The position numbers were made by a program, and so were the translations under genes. The notes below the pieces were generated by a model. The model was not told the origin of the DNA. It saw only the letters and a program-made list of their open reading frames with translations, and did not search any database. Below are positions 46,850-54,460 of a DNA stretch of 64,000 nucleotides, one piece after another. This stretch comes from Patescibacteria group bacterium. GTDB taxonomy: Bacteria; Patescibacteriota; Patescibacteriia; JBAZBY01. Numbering within the stretch: the first letter of the stretch is position 1; every line of letters starts with the position of its first letter. Where the stretch lies: NCBI GenBank assembly GCA_041671225.1, contig JBAZBY010000001.1, positions 109,963 to 173,962 of the forward strand, in the 5' to 3' direction.

Positions 46850-47791
46850 ATGTGGCTCTGGTTGACACTGCTTGGTTTCGTCGTACTGGGCGCCAGCGCC
46901 AAGTACATCCCACTCTCCCGCGATGAGCGCAACAGCCTCCTGGTGGAGGTAGGGCGCCGCGTCGGCCAGCATTTCATGCTGCGGTATGGCAACATCCTGC
47001 TCACCTACACGCACTGCGGTCACACCATGGTCAAGGTGAAGCGTTATCTCACTGTTCCCTACTCCATCGGCGACCCCCTCAGTGGAGTCATCAGCGGGCA
47101 GGTATCCGTGAGAATGACGGACCTACGCGTTTGCCAAAGATGTCACCACATTGAGGAGCACCCAAGAAACGCGCGGCTCGCCTGCTGGATGCAAACGGTG
47201 TTGCTGTGGGTCTTCATGGGGGTCATGTACTCCATAGACCGTTGCGTCAACGTCTATGGTCACATCCGCGCGGCAAGGCATGTTCTACTCTTCGGCGCGG
47301 AGATCGGCAGCATCTTTGGTGTCGCATTCGGCATCGGCGTCGTCACGGCACCGGCGACCGGAGGCTGGGTTGCGGCGATCCTGGGCATCATCGTGCTCAT
47401 GCATCGATCCGCGGTAGACACCAAAGAGACCCTTGCCACGATCATCTCGACCTATATGTTCGCACCGCATGTGGGAGGCATCTGCTTCGGAATCACGTGG
47501 CTCGGCGTTTCTCTTGCGCGCGGCGGCGTGGGACTCAGTGCCACCATCATGACGGTGGTGCTCATGGGGATCGTTGCGCTCAAGGACAGCAGACTTGGAC
47601 TCCTGCTCGGCATGTGGCTTGCCATCATGCTGCCCGCCGGTGTCCTTGCGATGCTCTTCCGAGACGACGTAAGCGTCTACACGATTCTCGCCGGGCTTGC
47701 GGGAATCGTAATTGTCCCACTTCTGCACCACTCATACACCGCAAAACCCCTGAAGCTGGATGCTCCGGGGGCACACACGGCGCAAGCGTAG
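46850..47791 (+). CDS. Hypothetical polytopic membrane protein on GC-rich segment
   Basis: Start at the internal ATG with RBS AGGAGG 7 nt upstream (CACAGGAGGTACGGTCATG). About 313 aa with 7 or more TM helices and local GC clearly above the window average. The alternative-frame ORF 47206-48039 is Arg/His-rich and judged spurious. Confidence 0.55.
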   Translation: MWLWLTLLGFVVLGASAKYIPLSRDERNSLLVEVGRRVGQHFMLRYGNILLTYTHCGHTMVKVKRYLTVPYSIGDPLSGVISGQVSVRMTDLRVCQRCHHIEEHPRNARLACWMQTVLLWVFMGVMYSIDRCVNVYGHIRAARHVLLFGAEIGSIFGVAFGIGVVTAPATGGWVAAILGIIVLMHRSAVDTKETLATIISTYMFAPHVGGICFGITWLGVSLARGGVGLSATIMTVVLMGIVALKDSRLGLLLGMWLAIMLPAGVLAMLFRDDVSVYTILAGLAGIVIVPLLHHSYTAKPLKLDAPGAHTAQA

Positions 47792-47817
47792 TGGTCGTAC
47801 GCGTCTCCTGTTCTCGC

Positions 47818-47850
47818 CGCCCGGTTCCCCATAAAGGAACCGGGCGTGCT
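47818..47850 (+). terminator. Rho-independent terminator after the GC-rich membrane-protein gene
   Basis: Hairpin CCGGTTCC-CCATAAAG-GAACCGG then GCGTGCTTCTTTAT. The tail resembles those at 60149-60190 and 62559-62612. Confidence 0.5.
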
Positions 47851-47853
47851 TCT

Positions 47854-48807
47854 TTATATGACGATACGAAATACGATGAAAGCCACATAGAGCGCCAAAA
47901 ATGCCCCACCTTGCCATCGGTCAATCGTATGTCTGCGCCCCGTGAACATCGCAAGAAACAAGAGAAGCGTTGCAACAATGGCCACGACGGCATCACCCTG
48001 CGCATCACCGGAAAATGGAAGCGGCCTGATAACGCTTGAAAGCCCTAAAATCCAGAATACATTGAAGATATTTGACCCCACCACGTTGCCAACGGCAATG
48101 TCATCTTGTTTATGCAATGCCGCAACAACTGAGGTTGCAAGCTCGGGCAGCGATGTGCCGATTGCCACGACCGTAAGGCCGATGATGCTCTCTGCAACGC
48201 CAAGGAGATTGGCAAGTTCCACGGCATTATCAACAAGAACCTTGCCGCCGATGAAGAGCAAAAAAATTCCTCCTAAGGTCATTATGATTGCAATGGGCGT
48301 GCGATATATTCTGATCCCATCATCAGTATTCTTCTCTACTTTTGCGATACCGACGGTGTAATACAAAAAGATAAAAAAGATGCCTATCAGCGCGACCCCG
48401 TCCGTACGCGTCAATGCGTCATTCGGGATACCGTCAAAAAGATGATCGCTCCCCATGACAAACACCAGAAACCCCGCAAGCAGCGCAAACGGGATCTCCT
48501 TCCATGTGGTAGAACGCTGGACAGCAAGCGGCGTGATGAGCGCGGCAATGCCAAGAATCATCAAAATATTGACAATATTGCTTCCCAGAATATTACTGAT
48601 AGCGATGTCAGTATTGCCGCCGATTGAGGCAAACAAGTTCACGATCAGCTCCGGCGCTGAAGTGCCGAATGCGACAATCGTGAGCCCAACCATGAGCGGG
48701 GAGAGCCCAAAACGGCGTGCAATGGAAGACGCACCGCGAACAAGTACCTCGGCGCCCACAATGAGCACTGCGAGGCCGATGATGATGAAAAGAATTGGGA
48801 GAAACAT
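47854..48807 (-). CDS. CaCA-family sodium/calcium exchanger (YrbG-like)
   Basis: Duplicated alpha-repeats GTSAPELIV...GSNIVNIL and GTSLPELATS...GSNIFNV; 317 aa. Confidence 0.85.
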   Translation of the reverse strand: MFLPILFIIIGLAVLIVGAEVLVRGASSIARRFGLSPLMVGLTIVAFGTSAPELIVNLFASIGGNTDIAISNILGSNIVNILMILGIAALITPLAVQRSTTWKEIPFALLAGFLVFVMGSDHLFDGIPNDALTRTDGVALIGIFFIFLYYTVGIAKVEKNTDDGIRIYRTPIAIIMTLGGIFLLFIGGKVLVDNAVELANLLGVAESIIGLTVVAIGTSLPELATSVVAALHKQDDIAVGNVVGSNIFNVFWILGLSSVIRPLPFSGDAQGDAVVAIVATLLLFLAMFTGRRHTIDRWQGGAFLALYVAFIVFRIVI

Positions 48808-48959
48808 AAGGTTATTGTTCTATTTTTTTGATTCGATCTTTTGCGGTCGTGGATCTTTATTACTCTCGTGATGTATTCCGAAACTGGCCGCAAGCCCAAT
48901 CATCACTGCGATGATCGATCGTTTGATAAAACGGATAACCGCGCGAAAACAACACATAC

Positions 48960-49847
48960 CTATCGCTTCTTCTTAAGAATGCCTAAAGGAACCAGCGAGA
49001 GATTATTTACAAGTGTATAGAGAATAGCAGGTAATGCAACAAGCGGCGTAAACAGCGTCAAAGCAACCACCGTTGCAAGCGTATAGTTCTTATAACTCGC
49101 CGTTATTCCATAAGTGATCCGTTCGGAATGATTGCCGCCAAACATGAATCCAACAATAAAATTGACCCCCACAAGACCGAATATGACAAGACCAAGAATA
49201 AATGATTGATTTGGGTTAGCGATAATATCATCACGTACGGGAGAAATAATCCCACAAATAATCACCATAAGGAGTATGGCGGACAACTGGCTGCTGTATG
49301 CATCTAAAGGATTATTCAAGGGCGTGCGTCGAACAATAGCAGCGAGCACGAGAGGGATAATGATGAGTTTCACCATCGTCCAACTCATTGCAAGCGGATC
49401 AATGGCAATATCTACCCGCGCAAAAAGGAGAACGAGCAACGGAACAACAATGGGGCTTAAGATGTTTGAAAAGGTTGTAATAACAAGTGCTTCTGATGGC
49501 GTGCCCCCATACAACTTTGAAAGAAAAACGACTGCGAGCCCAGAGCTCATAACGCCGGCAAGAATTAACCCCAAAAAAAGTTCATCAGAAAAGAACGGCT
49601 TCAAAAATAAAACAATAGCTGGCGAGAGGAGATGAATAATTGCGTAGATCCCGAGATGCTTCTTCCAGTTCGCGAGCTGACCTATCACCTTCTGCATATC
49701 AACGCGCAGCAAACTGAAGAACATCAGCGCCATAAGAAGGTAAATGACATAGGCGCTAAATGGCTTACCGATCTGCGGAAATACAAATGCTGCGACGATC
49801 GCAACAAGAATGAGAACCCAACTTTCTTCAGTAATAAACCGTTTCAT
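48960..49847 (-). CDS. Polytopic membrane transporter, bile acid:sodium symporter (BASS/SBF)-like
   Basis: 295 aa with about 9 TM helices; pattern LILAGVMSSGLAVVFLSKLYGGTP...SNILSPIVVPLL. Confidence 0.45.
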   Translation of the reverse strand: MKRFITEESWVLILVAIVAAFVFPQIGKPFSAYVIYLLMALMFFSLLRVDMQKVIGQLANWKKHLGIYAIIHLLSPAIVLFLKPFFSDELFLGLILAGVMSSGLAVVFLSKLYGGTPSEALVITTFSNILSPIVVPLLVLLFARVDIAIDPLAMSWTMVKLIIIPLVLAAIVRRTPLNNPLDAYSSQLSAILLMVIICGIISPVRDDIIANPNQSFILGLVIFGLVGVNFIVGFMFGGNHSERITYGITASYKNYTLATVVALTLFTPLVALPAILYTLVNNLSLVPLGILKKKR

Positions 49848-50518
49848 TATTCAATCCTTCCTTTCCACTCTTTCAAAAACTGCCGCACATACTCCTTAAG
49901 ATAATGATGGCGCTTCTCGGCCATCTTTTTCCCGGTGCGCGTCTGCATCCTATCCTTCAGCAACAACGATTTTTCATGAAGGTGATTGATGGTCGAACTG
50001 TCGCGCTTCTGGTATTGCTCCCAGCTCGCATGAAGTAATGGTTTTTGCGAAGGATCATGAAGCGCACGTCCTTTCTTTCCACCGTACGCAAAGGCCCGTG
50101 CAATGCCGATAGCGCCATTGGCATCGAGCCTGTCCGCATCCTGCACCGCCTTCGCCTCCATGGTCTTTGCCGGCGTTTTGACCTTTGCCCCGCGGAAGCT
50201 CACGGATCGCACCGCATCGGCAACCCGCATGATCGTTGCTGCATCCGCACCTGCCTTGCGCAGAACGGCGATGGCGCGCTTTGGCTTGTCCGGATGCCCT
50301 CCTTTCACAAGCTTTGCATCATCAAGCTCATGCGTTAGCGCGGCAAGTTCAACGATGTATGAGTCGGCCTTCTCAACGCGTGCAATGCGGAGTGCCATGG
50401 TCCGCACGCGCTCAATATGCCAAAAATCATGTCCCGTGCTTTCGTGACCGAACCGGCGGCGCACTTCCCGCTCAACCGCGGTGCGCACGCTGTGCTTACT
50501 GGGCTTTGTGTGCGGCAT
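49847..50518 (-). CDS. HD-domain phosphohydrolase
   Basis: HD motif HDFWHIERV...LTHELDDAK. Start placed at an internal ATG (MPHTKPS) to limit overlap with pyk. Confidence 0.65.
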   Translation of the reverse strand: MPHTKPSKHSVRTAVEREVRRRFGHESTGHDFWHIERVRTMALRIARVEKADSYIVELAALTHELDDAKLVKGGHPDKPKRAIAVLRKAGADAATIMRVADAVRSVSFRGAKVKTPAKTMEAKAVQDADRLDANGAIGIARAFAYGGKKGRALHDPSQKPLLHASWEQYQKRDSSTINHLHEKSLLLKDRMQTRTGKKMAEKRHHYLKEYVRQFLKEWKGRIE

Positions 50519-51524
50519 GTTCCACTGCGTCAATGATCTGCTTGGCAACGGTGACGGAATGCCCTGGCGTATCGCTCACGCCGGTTTCCTTGGCGAGCAT
50601 GATATACTCCGCCCCATCAAGCACGATATTCGTAAGATCCAGCACATCAGAGCGTGACGGCATATAATTAGTGAGCAGACTCTCCAGAATCTGCGTTGAG
50701 ACGATCACCGGCTTGCCGGCCTTCTTTGCCGCCTGCACGATGCGCTTCTGGTACACGCCGAGCAGTTCAACCGGCGCCGTAACCGCCAGATCCCCTCGCG
50801 CCACCATCACAATGTCGCTTTCTGCAGCAATATCATCGATCTGCGCCACGCCTTTTGGTGTCTCCACCTTGGAAACAACTGGCGGTACTTTTCCTCTGCC
50901 AAAGCGTTCTGCGAGCAATGCTTTTGTCCGGCGCATGTAGTCTCCGGAGTTTGCGAATGATACGGCAACCCAATCCGGTTGAATGGCCGGCAATACATCC
51001 ATGCACGCGAGGGTCTTCTCCGTGATATGCATCAGCGCATCCATACCAGACCCGATATTGAATCCCTTCATCCTGCCGATCTTGCCGCTGTTGATCGCCT
51101 CAGCAATGAAGGTCTCTTTGTCCTGTATTTGCAACACGCGAAATCCGACTTCGCCGTCTCCAATAGTCACTTCCTGGCTTTCCCGTACGTACGTCGCAAT
51201 ATCCGGCACATTGACCGGGAGATACACCGCGGGATCCTCTGTGCCTTGCGCAGTCTTAAAAACCACGCGCTGACACGCCTGCACTTCATAATACAACTCG
51301 GGGAAATCGCCCAACCGCAACTTATTGCCTGGCAAGTCCGCCAAGATACGCGCGTCGCTGCCGAGTTTTTTTATAACATCGCGCGCAACCTGCATTTTCC
51401 CTAGAGACTCCTCTGGCGTGCCATGCGACATATTGAACCGAAGCACGGATGCTCCTGCGCGGAGAATCTCTTCGATCTTCTCCGGGGCGTAGGACTTCTG
51501 GGAAATGGTGGCGATGATCTGCAT
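50496..51524 (-). CDS. pyk: Pyruvate kinase (short form lacking C-terminal regulatory domain)
   Basis: RFNMSHG, DLPGNKLRLG and VMVARGDLAV motifs; 342 aa. Confidence 0.75.
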   Translation of the reverse strand: MQIIATISQKSYAPEKIEEILRAGASVLRFNMSHGTPEESLGKMQVARDVIKKLGSDARILADLPGNKLRLGDFPELYYEVQACQRVVFKTAQGTEDPAVYLPVNVPDIATYVRESQEVTIGDGEVGFRVLQIQDKETFIAEAINSGKIGRMKGFNIGSGMDALMHITEKTLACMDVLPAIQPDWVAVSFANSGDYMRRTKALLAERFGRGKVPPVVSKVETPKGVAQIDDIAAESDIVMVARGDLAVTAPVELLGVYQKRIVQAAKKAGKPVIVSTQILESLLTNYMPSRSDVLDLTNIVLDGAEYIMLAKETGVSDTPGHSVTVAKQIIDAVEHAAHKAQ

Positions 51525-51527
51525 AAG

Positions 51528-51827
51528 CTACTCCACCGGCTCACACCATGTGAAGGAATCACTACATCGCATCATACTACTCTGAAAACCTTCGGGACAA
51601 CCTGCTATGGACTGAAGCACAAAACCATTCTGCTCCATATAGTGTACAGAACTTATACAGCAACCAAAACTACTTTTTTCCAAACATTGTTTTGCGAGTT
51701 CCTTATACGCAGAAGAAATATGCGATACTTCAACTCTCTCGCTGAGATACATATCAGCATTAAACCCAGCAATAAAGACAATAAGAATTGCCAACGTGAA
51801 TAAAACTATTTTGATAATCTTATGCAT
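51528..51827 (-). CDS. Hypothetical small secreted Cys-containing protein
   Basis: 99 aa with an N-terminal signal/anchor (IVLFTLAILIVFIAG) and six Cys. Confidence 0.4.
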   Translation of the reverse strand: MHKIIKIVLFTLAILIVFIAGFNADMYLSERVEVSHISSAYKELAKQCLEKSSFGCCISSVHYMEQNGFVLQSIAGCPEGFQSSMMRCSDSFTWCEPVE

Positions 51828-52057
51828 ATCACTATGCTAGTCTTTTTTTCGGTTGTCTGCTTTTGAGAGTAAAAAAATCATGAGTCCAACAAGCGCCAAA
51901 AAAATTCCGGTGCCTATCGGCGAACCCCAGCCAAATATGGAATAGAGACTATCCATACAACATACTTAAGGATAAACAGTATTAGTGTAGCAAAATATCA
52001 TACACCAAAACAGTTGCACTTTAAGGATGTTGTGCTACTATGCCCGCTGCTGAATAC

Positions 52058-52147
52058 GGAGAGGTGCCTGAGTGGTCGAAAGGGCTTGCTTGGAAAGCAA
52101 GTGTACGAGCAATCGTACCGGGGGTTCGAATCCCTTCCTCTCCGCCA
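52058..52147 (+). tRNA. tRNA-Ser (anticodon GGA), type II
   Basis: 90 nt: acceptor GGAGAGG/CCTCTCC, anticodon stem CTTGC/GCAAG with loop TTGGAAA, a long variable hairpin GTACGAGCAATCGTAC, T-loop TTCGAAT, GCCA. Confidence 0.85.
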
Positions 52148-52208
52148 GGCCTTCGCCCCAAAGGGGCTACGGCCTGCAGACGGCACATAAATACCCAAAA
52201 GCAATACT

Positions 52209-53147
52209 ATGAAAAAAATCATCGTCACAGGAGCAACAGGGCAAATTGGCTCTGAGTTGGTTGTGGAGCTACGAAAAAAATACGGTAATGAAAACGTCGT
52301 TGCAGTGGGGTATTCTGCACCACAGCACGGTGAAGAACATGCGGGACCTTTTGCAACGGTTGATGTTACAGATGCGGCAGCGGTTACCGAACTGTTACAG
52401 CAACATAAACCAGACACTCTTTTTCATCTTGTGGGTATCCTTTCTGCAACAGGTGAAAAAGATCCTGAACTTGCCTGGAATGTGAACATAGGCGGTCTCA
52501 AAAATATATTGGATGCCGCGCGAGAACATGGAGTGAAACAGATCTTCTGGCCAAGCTCAATTGCCGCCTTTGGACCAACAACACCGCGAGACGACACGCC
52601 ACAACAAACCGTGCTCGAACCCACAACCATGTATGGCGTCACAAAAGTTACCGGGGAACTGCTTTGCCAATACTACTGGAAAAAGTATGGTCTAGATATT
52701 CGGAGTCTGCGCTACCCCGGCCTTATCAGCTACAAAACGCCGCCAGGCGGCGGCACGACAGATTATGCAGTGGCGATCTACTTTGATGCAAAACACAAGG
52801 GTTCGTATGAATGCTTTGTTGGACCAGAGACCGTGCTGCCAATGATGTATATGCCGGATGGCGTGCGTGCGACGATTGAGCTCATGGAAGCTCCGCAAGA
52901 AAAAATCAGCATACGCACGAGCTACAATCTCGCAGCGATATCCTTTTCCGCGTCAGAACTCGCTGCCTCTGTTGCGCGCCAGGTGCCGGGATTCACCTGT
53001 ACATATGCCCCTGATGAACGACAAAAGATCGCAGACTCATGGCCTCGCTCCATTGATGATAGTGCCGCAAGAAAAGACTGGAATTGGAATCATGCCTTTG
53101 ATCTGGATGCCATGACGGCTGACATGCTCGCAAACATTCCGTCATAA
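52209..53147 (+). CDS. NAD-dependent epimerase/dehydratase family protein (L-threonine 3-dehydrogenase/UDP-sugar epimerase-like)
   Basis: N-terminal Rossmann motif VTGATGQIGSEL and a YxxxK site (YGVTKVTGE); 312 aa. Confidence 0.75.
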   Translation: MKKIIVTGATGQIGSELVVELRKKYGNENVVAVGYSAPQHGEEHAGPFATVDVTDAAAVTELLQQHKPDTLFHLVGILSATGEKDPELAWNVNIGGLKNILDAAREHGVKQIFWPSSIAAFGPTTPRDDTPQQTVLEPTTMYGVTKVTGELLCQYYWKKYGLDIRSLRYPGLISYKTPPGGGTTDYAVAIYFDAKHKGSYECFVGPETVLPMMYMPDGVRATIELMEAPQEKISIRTSYNLAAISFSASELAASVARQVPGFTCTYAPDERQKIADSWPRSIDDSAARKDWNWNHAFDLDAMTADMLANIPS

Positions 53148-53245
53148 CACCCATAGAGTAGGATACTTGCCTCTGCGCATCATGCGCGCTACACTACGAC
53201 CGAAGGCATTACACAGCTAACAATCCGATCCAAAGGAGGGGCATC

Positions 53246-53752
53246 GTGATTGTTCGTACATGGAGACGTGTCGTGCGGATCATCGCTGCAGACACGATCG
53301 CGCTCGTTCTGTTCAACTGTAGCATGGGGGTGTTCAACTTCTTTGTTGAACGATACTTCGTGGGTTACCACATGGCGCAATGGGCGGGCATTCACCTGCT
53401 CTACAACATCGCGAAGTACGCGGGTGCGGGAATCTGTGGATGGATGAAACGGCGTCTCCGCCGAGCTCTTGGTGCAACGGCACCGAGCGCAACAAAGAAA
53501 GGCCGCGTGTGGTGTGCGGCCGTCGACACCGTTGCACTTGCGTGCTATCAGATCCCACTCTACATCGTGTTCGCGTTTCTCTTTGGCGCCGAATGGAGCC
53601 AGATCAGACTCGCAGTGTACTACGCGATCGCCGAGCACATCATCGGCGGCTGGTGGTATGGAGTGCTCTCTGACTGGTGCGCGCATCGGTACGTGAACCA
53701 CAAACCCGCCTCCACTGAGGCCGTTGTTCTCAAACCAGCCGCCTGCGACTAA
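53246..53752 (+). CDS. AlaE-like L-alanine exporter family membrane protein, on GC-rich segment
   Basis: Blocks resembling E. coli AlaE as recalled from memory: ADTIALVLFNCSMGVFNFF versus ADTFAMVVYCSVVNMCIEVF, and VDTVALACYQIPLYIVFAFLFGAEWSQIRLAVYYAIA versus [37 protein letters not shown]. The antisense ORF 53189-53842 is judged spurious. Confidence 0.55.
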   Translation: MIVRTWRRVVRIIAADTIALVLFNCSMGVFNFFVERYFVGYHMAQWAGIHLLYNIAKYAGAGICGWMKRRLRRALGATAPSATKKGRVWCAAVDTVALACYQIPLYIVFAFLFGAEWSQIRLAVYYAIAEHIIGGWWYGVLSDWCAHRYVNHKPASTEAVVLKPAACD

Positions 53753-53789
53753 CCCTCGCCGGCGGCTGCTTCCTCTACAAAAAACCCCT

Positions 53790-53850
53790 TGCGGGGGTAG
53801 TTGTGGGGTTCGGTCGCGAAGCGTCCGAACCCCACATTTCATGGCGAAGT
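53790..53850 (-). terminator. Rho-independent terminator (minus orientation) after the basic-protein gene
   Basis: Minus-strand hairpins GGGGTTCGGACGCTTCGCGACCGAACCCC and CCCCGCAAGGGG followed by TTTTTT. Confidence 0.5.
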
Positions 53851-53858
53851 TCTGCCCG

Positions 53859-54176
53859 TCAGACGACGAGTTGGCTCCGGATCAGACGCCCGTTGGCGAT
53901 GATGTCGGAGACGATCCCGTCGAAGCTCAACTTGTGCTTTTCCAGCACATCGGCGAACGGCTCGGCCTTCCTGCGACCGGTGTTCAACACCCTGCGCATC
54001 CGGGAATCGGAGACGCCATCATGGACGGCCACGACGAGCGGGATGAACGGCGCCCTGGCCTGCGCGGGAACGCCGTGCCTCTTCAGGAATGCCTGCGGAT
54101 TGAAGACCTTTGTCTTCGGAACCTCCCGAGCCTTCTGAGCCTTCGGAACCTTCCGGTGGGACACTTTCCTTGCCAT
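53859..54176 (-). CDS. Hypothetical small basic (Lys/Arg-rich N-terminus) protein on GC-rich segment
   Basis: Start at the internal ATG (MARKVSHRKVPKAQKAREVPKTK) with RBS GAAGGA upstream. About 105 aa, possibly nucleic-acid binding; no family assigned. Confidence 0.45.
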   Translation of the reverse strand: MARKVSHRKVPKAQKAREVPKTKVFNPQAFLKRHGVPAQARAPFIPLVVAVHDGVSDSRMRRVLNTGRRKAEPFADVLEKHKLSFDGIVSDIIANGRLIRSQLVV

Positions 54177-54460
54177 GTTGTGCTTGTCCTTCTCTGTAGA
54201 TCGGACTTCTAGGAACAATGTGCGCCAATGACAACCAGACGCACGGTTGGATAACTGCGAGGCTACACCCAAAGAGCGGGTGTTGTCAAGAAGAGGGCCG
54301 GTACACAAAATCTTTCCGCAGACCGGCTCGGCCCTCCTGCGGGGCCTCGCCTACGCTGCACACCCGCGGTCGTCAACCTATAGGATTGACAAACCAAGCC
54401 CGCGAGTGTTCGCGAGTCTGCGTCAGATTTTATACCGACCTGAAGGGGTAACGTGATTGC

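Noticed and set aside
47206-48039. 277-aa Arg/His-rich ORF on the + strand
   Set aside because: It is an alternative frame of the GC-rich membrane-protein gene 46850-47791 and runs into the CaCA gene on the opposite strand; its composition is typical of out-of-frame GC-rich DNA.
53189-53842. 217-aa minus-strand ORF
   Set aside because: It is antisense to the AlaE-like gene in a GC-rich segment, is Arg/Pro/Cys-rich and has no RBS. The AlaE-like frame has family-level similarity, so this one is spurious.
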